Origin: Octopus bimaculoides
Taxonomy: Eukaryota
Direction of reading: 5' to 3'
Length of the DNA stretch: 40,498 nt
NCBI RefSeq assembly: GCF_001194135.2
Contig: NC_069001.1
Location: 597,953-638,450 of the forward strand
This document shows, piece by piece, positions 24,246 through 35,944 of this stretch; position 1 is the stretch's first letter, and each line of letters begins with the position of its first letter. Both the position numbers and the translations under genes were made by a program. A model generated the notes under the pieces. It was not told the origin of the DNA, did no database searches, and saw only the letters and a list, made by a program, of their open reading frames with translations.

Positions 24246-25257
24246 CAGACATGTCAAACTCCTGGCCCGCGAGACCGTTTTGATATCAGCATGAAATCTG
24301 TCCAAATAGCGGCATCGGCAAATAGAGTATTTTGCTGCCCTCAGTAACAGCCATGCCTTCTTGTTACAACTACACATACATAGTGTGTGTGGCTAAAGCA
24401 ACCATGCCATGATATTACATAACACTGGCTGCACTACAATCACTTGAGTCTTAATTGTAACTGCAACAAAGCATGCCGGGAAACGTCTCCTTCGATTCTC
24501 TAATCGCGGGTTGTGAAGCGCTGATGACGCAAAATCTACCAACCCCTACAGTGCACCTTATCGTTCTTTCGGGGGATCATTTTCACGTGACGTCATTGAG
24601 TTGTAGTAGTTATCTATCAAATGGAGCTGATAGAATTGCAGTGTAAGGGGACATTAAGAGTAAAATACGAATCTGTGGGGGCCCCGCACAGTCCACCCGC
24701 TTCATACCTGAAGTAATAATGCCCCAGCTCTGTATACATGCAGCTCGAACACTGTCTTTGTTTGGAAGCACATATCTGTTTGAGCGGCTGTTCTCAGTAA
24801 CGAAGATAACAACAACAACAAAACAGCGTCACAAATGAACACCTGAAATCCATTCTGAGAGTCTCAGAACTCGTTGCTAAGAAACGATGCCAAGGCAGGC
24901 AGCTCGGACAATTTTGCAGAAAGAATATTGAAAGTTTTCATTTATTATTTCAGTTTTCACTAAAAAGCACCTTTTTTTATTTATATTTTCTTTCTTTTTT
25001 CTTTGACATGTTCTTATCTTTATTTTTAACAATTTCGACAAGAGATATTTTAATGCAGGGCAAAATATTTTAAGTAATTTAAGTTAATTTATATTTGGAA
25101 TAAAATTATATACCATCTGTTTCAATACATGTTCATGTTCAAAAAGTTTTAGTCTGTTCAATAATTGTTTGCCCTGTTCGGCCTGCGACCTAAAGCGTGC
25201 TTTGAGTTTTGCACCCCACCACCACCACCACCTCTACGATTGAGTTTGACACCTCTG
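24246..25257 (+). mobile_element. Non-autonomous hAT (Buster/Charlie, GTF2IRD2-like) element, 1012 bp
   Basis: TIRs CAGACATGTCAAACTC / GAGTTTGACACCTCTG (14/16 match); perfect 8-bp TSD CTTTATGC (24238-45, 25258-65) with central TA; internal MELIELQC..AARTLSLFGSTYLFERLFS..EHLKSILRVS..ELVAKKRCQ dimerization-domain relic (~24621-24895). Confidence 0.9.
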
Positions 25258-26036
25258 CTTTATGCAGATTTACCCAACCATACACGTTCTTGTTCATCCT
25301 GGACAGTCCCGGTTTCCAGTATTTTCTTGGTGTCAAGTTCAATTAAGTTTGTTCGCTTTAACACCGAAATACCCCCAAGAATGCGTTCGATATCCACTGA
25401 GATGGGCTCCCTATGGTAGTTTAGATCGCGTAGTTGCGAGGCTGTGACGTATTCTTTAAACGATGAGAACGTCCACACACAGACCATCGAACTGGCCAAG
25501 AAAGAATCAGGTGACAATTTGGAACGAGTAATGCTTTATTAATAAGATTGCATCTGTAAGAGTATATGTAGCGAAATAGGTTTGGAAACCGTGAAAAACA
25601 GGGGCGGACTTAAGATGGGCGCCTGAGGGGCACATGATCCCCTCACGAAAAGAAGCGCGCCCTTCTAAATAATGTTATTACGCACTTTTCTCCTGGAATT
25701 GTTTTCCCTTCTGACTTTGTGCTCCCCCTTTGAAAGATTCCTGGGGCAGTGCCTGAATCAACTATATGTATGATGTTTTTTTTATTAATGTTATTTTAAA
25801 TACAGGTTTATCTCACTTTACCTAATTACCGACGTAAGTTGAGGTGTGCTTGTATAATGAAATTATTAGATTTCACTGCCGTCACCCCTCGTTTCTATTG
25901 TAATTTATTTTCATTTTTTGTTAAGACACCAAACTACATTAACCATATCAACGTTGTCCTGGTTTGAGCCCAAGAAATTATAAACGACAGAACAAGCTTT
26001 ATAACATATTCCTGGTTCGCTTACTGTTCTCTCTAG

Positions 26037-26185
26037 TTTCCTTCCACATCTGAAACAGCTTGATTTTGTACGAAAACTCTTTCACACCACAGTCTGGAAA
26101 GCACCAACTTCACTCAAAATATATGCTTTCCCTTCCATGGGGCTCTGGAAACGTTCGAACGTGGGCCCACAAGAATCTGGTTATG
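26037..26185 (+). CDS. Candidate 149-nt exon
   Basis: Acceptor CTTACTGTTCTCTCTAG| and donor ATG|GTGAGT; only one frame is open through the exon: FLPHLKQLDFVRKLFHTTVWKAPTSLKIYAFPSMGLWKRSNVGPQESGY; in-frame ATG at 26137 (TCCATGG); ends in phase 1. Confidence 0.45.
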
Positions 26186-26551
26186 GTGAGTGAAGCTAGG
26201 CATTCGTATTTTGATACTGAAAATTCTAAAACTGTGGGAATTCAGTATCTATCTAATTGTCTAAGCAGTTTTTATGAGGGACTATTTACTGTTATTTATA
26301 GAACACAGAACAGAAACCAATGCGTCAATTCCCCTGATAAATCACTGATTTCGTCTTGTTTCAACAGAGTTCCTGGTAACACGATCTCTGTGATAAACAT
26401 GAGAAAGTAGCTTTAAAGAAAGTCAGCCACCCGTTGCATGTGTCTTATGTAACATACTTACACACACGCACACACGTGGACACTCGCGCAATCCTCAACA
26501 AATGTATATTTACACATTCACACACACACACACATGTGCGTGTGTCATATA

Positions 26552-26945
26552 TTACGTCGTCAAAGGAATTCGTTTATTTTCCCCCTTTATTTTAATCCTT
26601 ATTTTTCATCTACAATTTTAACAAATGAGTCAGTAATAAACGTTTGTGTTGATGACTTATTGCTAACGTTCCACTAACTTGTCAATGTCTTCATGGTAAA
26701 AATCAATGTAGATTTATTGGGCCACGTTTCCAGCTCCCTACCGTTGTTGAACGAAGCACCTCCCAGACTATTGGAGAGAGACCGGAAAATGTAATAATCT
26801 GAAAGTGAAATATCAAGAGAATACAATGGGTGTGGTAGAACTCTCCACTCGAGCTCTTGCATAACATTTCGGTCGAATCTGCGACGTGTGGGTGAATGCT
26901 GTCTGTACCCGGTTGGATCGTTTCAACTAGATTAATTCATTCATC
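26552..26945 (-). mobile_element. Mariner (DD34D-like) transposase 3' relic with terminus
   Basis: QELEWRVLPHPLYSLDISLSDYYIFRSLSNSLGGASFNN matches the HPPYSPDLAPSDY motif; terminal TTACGTCGTCAAAGGAATTCG next to TA (26550-51). Confidence 0.8.
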
Positions 26946-27569
26946 CTTACCCATCACTGGAAGGTGACGGGCGATGGAATTCTAAGAATATCCCATCCAG
27001 TGGCGGCACGTGTATAGGCACTGCGGAACTGCAGCACCCCCTATTTCCACTCGATATTATTGATAACATTCAATATAATGGGTCCTTTTTTCTTTAATTC
27101 TTTCATTACTCTTGTACATTATATAATCCTTCACGCTAGAGAGAGACAGAACGGTCGTCGACGCAGCGCCGTTCAAAGGTGCTGTTTCATTTTGACTGCG
27201 TATTCTCGAATGTGATGAAGAGTAGAATTAGATTATTATCCTGCTTCCAGCTTCAGTGGTGCTGCCAGCATTTGATAAATAGGGTAGATTCTCTCCCCAC
27301 GCCTTATTTTGTGATTTAGGGGTGATTTTCGAAAAACGAAGGGGAAATTGCGGCGGTGTTTAGTGAACAAATCAAACACACTATCCAACATGTGGCTAAA
27401 ACGCGAAACGATGAAATTTATGTATAAATATTCTTTTTAAATGTTTGCTTCCCTTTACAAAATGTTAAAACAACGGCTAAACATTTTCTGAATCAGCAAC
27501 CCCATTAATTTTGTCTAGGAGCCGCCACTGATCCCATCTGAAATGAATCCACGTGGATGAGCCCGTTCA

Positions 27570-28400
27570 AATGGACCCCATTGAACTGAACTCATTGGCC
27601 AGAACATGAAGAGTCTGTGAGGACGAGTTTCTTCTCCCGGTTGCGTGAAAGCCATTTCCGATCAGTTCTTTCGGTAATAGCTTCCCTGCATACAACGCAA
27701 AATGTCTTTGGTAGCTTTGGAACCTGGATTGATAATTTTCTTTTTTTAATATCATCTTTCAATATCCAGATACATTTGGGGAATGAAGTAGTGAAGGAAA
27801 TTTATGAGTTTTTATGTGCATTGCGTGAATCTTCTTCAAAAGATTTTCAGTAAACCGTACATAACTTTTTGTTTTATTATTTTGCGAAGGTGACCGTAAT
27901 TCAATAAAGTAGTGTTTAAAAAGACATACCGTTGACAAAGTAGATATTTAGGTTGTTATGATTACACAGAGAGAAGGAGTTTTTCTGTATCTGGACAAGA
28001 TTTCATCTATTTATACCAGCTTCGGGTGCAGCGACGTTTTTGATGCAAATGTAGTTCACCATAAAGTTATTTTTTCCTAAATACCTTACCTATGGTTTTG
28101 ATATCTGTGACGAAAGGATTCTTCATTAAGTTCAGAGAAAGTCTAGCAACATTAGAATGAACGTTGAAGCTACAAGCAAGATTATACCATATAATGTTTC
28201 GTTCCCTCTCATTCTTTTTTTTATATATATAAATGTTGTTTTGTGTATAATGTATACTATCTTTAGAGCCAGTGTTTTTAATGCATAGTTGACATAACGA
28301 GTTACACGGTTAAGCAATTCCTCATCACAGAATAAGTTGGCAATGCGCTTACTAATGTTATTTAGCAAGTTTTTAAGTATCATGGTATCATTGGCGGCAA
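27570..28400 (-). pseudogene. Probable piggyBac transposase relic
   Basis: Frameshifted AGINR/DEILSRYRKT, IYFV..VCLLN, KTKSYVRFTENLL and a downstream KTFCVVCRE Cys motif, in piggyBac C-terminal order; upstream ANLFCDEELLNRV is a weak match. Confidence 0.4.
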
Positions 28401-28434
28401 GTTGGAATTTACGTATTGATATATATGTGTGTGT

Positions 28435-28490
<56 letters not shown>

Positions 28491-28664
28491 ACATGCATTT
28501 GCACACATAATATAGAAGCACATCACACGCGCTGTAGAATCCACGCCAAAGCTGATACTGGAGCTCGACGCAGTCCTGCGGCTTGCTGGGTCCTGTTAAA
28601 CCGTCCAGTCTACAACAGTATGGGAAACAGGTGTTAAATGATATTGAGATGATGATGATGATGA

Positions 28665-28699
<35 letters not shown>

Positions 28700-28790
28700 A
28701 TGTCTGTCTGTGTGTATGCATGTATGTATGTATGTATGTATCCATGCATGCTTATATATATATATAAGCATGCATGGATACATACATACA

Positions 28791-28849
<59 letters not shown>

Positions 28850-29399
28850 TGTTTCTTGCTTGTAGTTTAACTCTTCTCTCTGAATTCCGTTCCGACAAAT
28901 TGCTGAAGACTCCACACGTGAGACATGAACCATGAAATTCCAAGTTATATCTTTCACCTTAAATGATTATAATCCACCCCCATTTCTTTCATTTCTTTCT
29001 GAATATCTGAAACACTGCAGACACACACCAAGTATACTACACGCACGCACACATACACACACATCCACAAAATATAAGGTTGTAAAAGAAGTTGGTCGAG
29101 TAGTTTTCTTCCGGTACAAATGATCAATTTAAATCCCTTCCCCTCCCCTTACAGTCTTCTTCCCNNNNNNNNNNNNNNNNNNNNNNNNNNNNNNNNNNNN
29201 NNNNNNNNNNNNNNNNNNNNNNNNNNNNNNNNNNNNNNNNNNNNNNNNNNNNNNNNNNNNNNNNNNNNNNNNNNNNNNNNNNNNNNNNNNNNNNNNNNNN
29301 NNNNNNNNNNNNNNNNNNNNNNNNNNNNNNNNNNNNNNNNATGTGCGTGTGTGGTTGTGTGGGTGGGTGTAGAAGATGGGGACTCTACCGCAACCACCA

Positions 29400-29620
29400 C
29401 CACCACCACCATCACATCGTTTGCCACCAGCGATGGAGCCTCTACGGGATATTCTTCAACCAGCTAGAAATAGAAGCTAAACCTCCCTCAAATTGCGCAT
29501 CAGACCCTGTAGTCTTAGAAAACAGCACGTCGCATAATGTCGTTGGATCCTGGATCCCAGATGTTTCCGGAATATATACGATTAAGACAGGATGGTCATA
29601 GCTGGAATGATTTTGATGAA
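29400..29620 (-). mobile_element. Dispersed repeat (family E)
   Basis: Minus strand CATTCCAGCTATGACCATCCTGTC ... GGTTTAGCTTCTATTTCTAGC ... CGTAGAGGCTCC. Confidence 0.55.
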
Positions 29621-30967
29621 AAGTGTGCTAGGTCAGGGTTGATTTGGAGGGGGGAGGGGTAAATAACTATCAACACGTTTCACAATCACCACCACCACCT
29701 TCACCACCTCCATCACCATCATCACAACCACCACAATTTTCATCACTTCTACGATCTCATCACGACCCACACCTGTTCCACCGCAACCACTGCTTCTACA
29801 CTCACCTCAACCACCACCACCATCATCATCATCATCATCGCCATCATCATCGTCGTCATCATCACCATTATTATCATCATCATCACTAACACAGCCATCA
29901 ACACGAGGTTCGTGGTGTTTATTAAGTTTCGTAAAGTGTGTGTGTGTAAATTAGACTCCAAATCCCTGTTGGTCATCTTTTTGGCCAGCCATTTCGGTAA
30001 TTCTTCGCATCCTTCTTCACCATTTTCTTCTTCTTTCTTTTCCTCTTCGTTCTTTTCTTCCTGCTTCCTTCCCCCCTCTTCTCCCCCCCTCTTCTCCCCC
30101 CCTCTCTAGTCGGAAAATAACTTTTTCCGGACAGACAAGAAATTTGCTGGATTGTTTGTTTCTTTTTTTCCTTTTTCTTCATCTCTTTTTCTTTTCTGCT
30201 TCCCCTCCTTTCTTTTGGTAACCAAAGAAAGCGATGATGAGAAAGGGGAAAGAAGGGAAAAAACCCCGCACAAGCAGCAGACATGTCCATACACACATAC
30301 AAAAGCTCGCGCCCACACACACACATCATATACTCATACACACACGTGTATGTATTTGCGACTACGTGTGTGTGTGTGTGTGCGTGTGTGTGCGTGTACG
30401 CGTGTGTGTGTACGCGTGTGTAATTAAATGCAGACCGTGGGATATACCGGAATTATTACCAATAATAATAATAATAATAATAGCAGCAATAACAAGAAAA
30501 AGAAAATATCAAAAATAGAGGCGAAGACAGAAATGAGAAGAAATAGAGAGAGAGAAAGAGAGAGAGGGGGAGAGAGACAGCAGTCAGAGTCAATTTAAAC
30601 TTGCAACCTTCCAATTAATATTTAAGTAAAAAGAGTTTGAAGGATTTTTAAAGAACTTGAACGGAAGCCAACTTGTTGATATATAATTTAACATTAACTC
30701 TTCCTCTTCCTTCACCCCCCCACCACCGCCACCACCATTACAGCCTCTGCCATCGTCCTCACCACCACCGTATATCCGCAGGCGCTACATGTTCCCCGTC
30801 GTTATCTCTTTTCCTTTCTTTTTCTTGATTTCTCAATTTTCTTTCTTTTATTCTCCCTCTCTCTTTCTTTCTCTCTCTATCTATATGTATGTATATATCT
30901 ATATATCCATTTCTAGCTTTATCTATCCATATATCTAGCTAATTCTCAATCTATACTATAGCTTTGC

Positions 30968-31040
<73 letters not shown>

Positions 31041-32635
31041 AGATAGATAGAGCGCTAGAGATTGATATATATATATATATATATATATATNNNNNNNNNN
31101 NNNNNNNNNNNNNNNNNNNNNNNNNNNNNNNNNNNNNNNNNNNNNNNNNNNNNNNNNNNNNNNNNNNNNNNNNNNNNNNNNNNNNNNNNNNNNNNNNNNN
31201 NNNNNNNNNNNNNNNNNNNNNNNNNNNNNNNNNNNNNNNNNNNNNNNNNNNNNNNNNGTAATTCTTCTTTTAACCGCTGCTTGCCGCCAGCCAGCTTTTC
31301 TGATCCACGTCTCCTGTGCGCGTGTCTTTCGATTCCTTGTGGCCCCAAAACGGTAACATTGTACTCACTGGTAAAGAGCCGAAAGTCGCAAAAAAGAAAA
31401 AAAGGCGGGAGAGAGGAAAACAACTGGAGAAACAGACACAGATGTGTGTGTGTGTGTGTGTGTGTGTGTACGGAGAGAGATTGAATCAATGAATGTGTGA
31501 AAGAGAGAGAAAGAAAGAAAATGAGCAAGAGAAAAGTAGAGAGAGAGAGAGAATGAAGGGTGGTGGTGGGGGGACGAGCCCATGTTAACCGTTCTCTTGT
31601 AGAGGAACGATAAAAAAAAGGGAATAGGAACAAATTACTGCTTGTATAGAAATTATTGTTGTTGCTGTTATTATTAATGTTATATTGGTGTGTTTGGACA
31701 AGCATATTGTTTCATAACGTAAATATTTTTTTGAAAGGAATAAAAAAAAGAATGAAGGGGAAAAAAGAGGGACCAAACTTCACATTACGATTAATATAAT
31801 GCACTTGTGATCAGAGAACAACAACGATAGCAATAATAATAATAATAATAATAATAAAATGGTAACGAAAACAGCTTTAGAAAAACATTATTATTATTTA
31901 TCGGGTACAAAACCAACCAGACCACTTCCATCATCATCACAATCATCGCTCCTAAAACAACAACAATAACAACAACTATAAGTTATAAGAGAAACACCCA
32001 CCGCCACTCCACCCCCTTTCACTCTTATTTAAACCAACCGCACACACACACACACACACACATACGAATAGACTCACACACGCATACACACCAGCCCAGC
32101 AGCACTTTTAAACCCCCCCCCCCAAATACATCAACGCTACTACTACAACCAGTACTACAACAAACCCGAAATCCACCACCACGACCAACACTACCAACTC
32201 CACGTATACGCCAAACTACATCACTACCAACACATTCACCATTATCATCAGCATCATTTGCCACCACCATCACCATCCTTATCGTCATCACCACATCGAC
32301 AACATCCGCGACTCAGCAAAGGAGCCTCGACGTGCTAAAAATAGCAGCCAAATTTACCGCAAAAAAAAATGATAATAATAAGGAATTAATTGGTCATGGT
32401 TGGAGCGTCGTTGATCCTCTGCCTGCAGAGTCAGGGCTGACTCGACGGACTGAACAACAACAACAACAACAACAGCATTAAGAATATTTAACATCTTTTA
32501 TTGCAACACAAGAATTTATAGCCAACCGGCTTCCCAGCCACACCCCGCCGCCCACTACCTTCAACTTACATACGCACATACATACATAACATACATACGT
32601 ACATACACACACACACGTATATATATATGTGTGTG

Positions 32636-32666
<31 letters not shown>

Positions 32667-32880
32667 ATATATATATATATACATACATACACACACACAA
32701 CACATACATAACATTTATATATTCACACTTACCATTCAGCCAGCCAACAAGCCTGCAAGCCAACTCCAACCCCAACCCCATCGCCACACTCTCACTACGA
32801 CCCCAAATACATCGCCACTACCGCCAGCATCTTCACCACCAACAGCAACATCAACAAACTCCAATTTGACAAGTGAAGAA

Positions 32881-32956
32881 ATGGCAGTACGGTTCCGATG
32901 TTATGCTTTACCATTAATCTCTGGTATTATTTTACTATGGGTGCCACTCTTGGAAG
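32881..32956 (+). CDS. Candidate first coding exon encoding a signal peptide
   Basis: GAAATGG start context; MAVRFRCYALPLISGIILLWVPLLE+G has a basic n-region and hydrophobic h-region; donor AAG|GTAGGT, phase 1. Confidence 0.5.
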
Positions 32957-33463
32957 GTAGGTTACTCAATCTAGTCATTCCTTATTAATATTATTCTCTA
33001 TATATTCTTATTCTTACTTATATCTCGTGTTTTAATGTGTTTGCGCGCGTGTGAATCGTATCTCTTTCCTACATATACATTGCATGTGTGTGTGTGCGTG
33101 TGTGTATTTATATAGTGAACCTCAAAAGACACGTGTTGAATTCTCTTTCTTTTGATTCTTCACCTATTCGTGTATACACACACATATTCACTCGTAGACA
33201 CCCACAAACAGCGTTGTGTGTATGTATGTATATATGCATATACATAATCTGTGAAGTCCACCACGTGTATGTATATAAACAGTTATACATAATATATATG
33301 TACGCACACATACATACATACATATACATACAAACGTATATATGTATATGCATATATATATATGTGTGTGTGTATATATATATTTACATATATATGCATG
33401 TATATGTGTATGTATTTATCATACATGTATTTATATGCCTCTCTGTGTGAGTGTGTGTGTATT

Positions 33464-33495
<32 letters not shown>

Positions 33496-34102
33496 GAATA
33501 CATATAAACGTATGTGTGTATGTATGTATATATATATATATATATACAATATAAACATATATATATACATAGATATAAACATACATACATATAAACAAGC
33601 ACACATATAAATACATATATATACATACACACTCACACATGTATATATGAACTCGAAATGTATGAAAATTACAGATATATCTATATTTACGTCATTTGTA
33701 TTAATAGAACTTTTATGTGTATATACCCCATTCATGTATGTAGATCATATTTGTCAATGTAAACTGTATGAATGTATAGATCATGTGTGTATGTATATGA
33801 TAAATGTGTGTATATATATAAATATATGTATTAAGGTTCTGGATGTAAGTGCATACCTTTGATGAATTTATGACAAGTATCAGCCCAGTCTTTAAATAAC
33901 TGCAAATATTCTCTAACTTTCCACATGGAACTTTTGTGTGAATTCACGTTCAAAACAGAAACAACTCTAACTGCTCATTGAAGATGTGATTTACTCTTTC
34001 GTTGTCTTTTCCTTTGGATTATATATCTATCTATCTATCTATATATCTATCTATATACATATATACACATATAAACAAATGACAACAGATAGATTGTGGT
34101 AA

Positions 34103-34190
34103 ATTCACTACAGCTGTTTCAAATGAGTTTTTTCTATCGATGAAGAGAGCTATTACATCATGTGAAAAAAGGTGTTTTCATCAGGTGAAT
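34103..34190 (-). ncRNA. Type I hammerhead-like motif with intact core and extended stem II
   Basis: ATTCAC-CTGATGA-[~55 nt with AAA/TTT, TTTTTTC/GAAAAAA, TGATG/CATCG pairings]-GAAA-CAGCTG-TA-GTGAAT: 6-bp stem I, GUA site. Confidence 0.7.
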
Positions 34191-34301
34191 ATACACAAGT
34201 TAAACATTTTAAAAAGGATTCCCTGGCTCTAACCAGGAAATCATGAAGGGGCACATAATGTTGATTCTTGGAATATTTTTTTTAATGTTTAATTCATGTA
34301 T

Positions 34302-34407
34302 ATTCACCTGATGAAAATGTTTTCTTTTTTGTTTTTTTTTCCACACGAATTAAAAACTCTATTCTTCAATAAAAAAAAAAAACTCATTAGAAACAGGTGT
34401 TGTGAGT
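34302..34407 (+). ncRNA. Type I hammerhead-like motif (right arm, more diverged)
   Basis: ATTCAC-CTGATGA-...-GAAA(34390-93)-CAGGTG-TT-GTGAGT; stem I includes one G-U pair; GUU site; stem III palindrome broken. Confidence 0.55.
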
Positions 34408-34469
34408 GAACCACAATCCATCTGCAATCATTTGCTTATTACTCACCTTATTCGGAACCTGCAACTAGC

Positions 34470-34542
34470 ATGGATCTGGAGTCCATTAAGTGCAGTACAA
34501 TTGGTGCAGTGTGTATTCCCAGGTACAGCCTTGAGACTCAAG
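34470..34542 (+). CDS. Possible ATG-bearing short exon (weak)
   Basis: MDLESIKCSTIGAVCIPRYSLETQ+G; donor CAAG|GTATGT, phase 1. A consensus donor AAG|GTGAGT also lies on the minus strand at 34447. Confidence 0.25.
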
Positions 34543-35519
34543 GTATGTCCAATCAAACATTAGTGAGTGTATATACAACTGAAATATTAATCCGTCTGTA
34601 CTTCGGTATGTATGTATGTTTCTCGAATGTTGTTTCATACACAATTGCTATTTCTTTGACCTTAACTTGGTGCTTTACAATTTAGGGGCCTGATTCACTT
34701 GAATCCTGAACTTTCATATGTATGTATGTATGTATATGTATGTATTCTTGCATGTATGCATGTGGTTGGGTGATTATGTACATACATGTGTGTGTATTTA
34801 ATGTCAATGTGAAAGTGACAGTGAAACTAAGATGATTTTCGGCAACTAAGGCTGCAGCTTCCAAGCCACTGGTTTCCCCCACTTATCCGATCTCAATCAC
34901 TTCTGCACTCCCCACCCTCCATACACACCCAGAACACCAAGTTATACTAGTTTCTACAAAGTCTAATTGTTAATCCAAGTCTATTTGTCAACCTAAGTTA
35001 AATTGTTAATCCTTTTTCAGCTTCTAATCCCATCAAAGACATCTTTGTCTTATATCCATGGAGAAGGCAATATAATACAGTACCAACCACATACTGGGGT
35101 CTGGTGTCAAAGTCATTGACTAACCTGTACCTGACACTTAGAACTTATCAGTAATAACCATTTGGCAGATTCATCAGAGCATGCAGCACATGTTCTGATT
35201 TCAAATCATGCTGAGGTCAACTTTGCCTTTATCAATGAAATAAATTCCAGCCCAATACTGAAGTTTACAGTATTAATTAACCGCCTCCCCTCAAAGTTGC
35301 TAGCCTTATCTCTAAATTCAAAACTTAGTGAGCTGGTAGGATTGTTTGAGTGGCAGAAGAAAATGTTCGCAGTATCATAAGCACAGGAACAAAATTTGTT
35401 TAGGTGGGGTGCAAACCCAGGTCCAACATTTATTAGAAACAGGGGCGATTTTTTCCAATCTTAATATCAAAACAAACAACTAGTATAATACTCATTATTA
35501 TTATTATTACTGTTTAAAG

Positions 35520-35745
35520 TGGCAAAGGAGGTGAGCTGGCAGAAACGTTAGCATGCCGGGTGAAATGCTTAGTGGTATTTCATTCGTCTTTACGTTCTGA
35601 GTTCAAATTCTGCTAGGGTTGACTTCACCTTTCATCTTTTTGGGGTTGATAAATTAAGTACTATTGAAACACAGGGATCGATGTAGTTGACTAGTCCCCA
35701 ACTCCTCCAAAATTTCAGGTTGTGTCCCTTTAGCAGAAAGGATTA
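35520..35745 (+). mobile_element. SINE (family A); another copy at ~35155-35325
   Basis: GAGCTGGCAGAAACGTTAGC (A-box-like) ... GAGTTCAAATTC ... TAGCAGAAAGGATT(ATT)n. Confidence 0.8.
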
Positions 35746-35944
35746 TTATTATTATATTTGTACAACAATCCAATCAGATAAACCCAATAATGGAAAAGTA
35801 ATGTTTCAAATCCGTCTAAAAATGTTTCTCTGTTTGTTTTGGCAATGAAGATTTTCAGGAGGATGGTTAGAGTGTTTCCATTACCCCAGCTCCCACCAAA
35901 AATTTTGTGAGGGTGCTGCATCCCCTGTTCCCAAGCCTATGTCC

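Larger units (their letters stand above)
34086..34424. mobile_element. Divergent inverted pair of hammerhead-bearing arms
   Basis: Arms 34086-34222 and 34270-34424 are collinear reverse complements with substitutions and indels; 47-bp spacer; no gap. Confidence 0.85.

Noticed and set aside
25600-25756. CAGGGGCGGA... possible small hAT MITE
   Set aside because: The ends match poorly and there is no TSD.
29341-29601. Protein-like frames on both strands (..GSWIPDVSGIYTI..)
   Set aside because: Overlaps a family E dispersed repeat; no convincing splice context.
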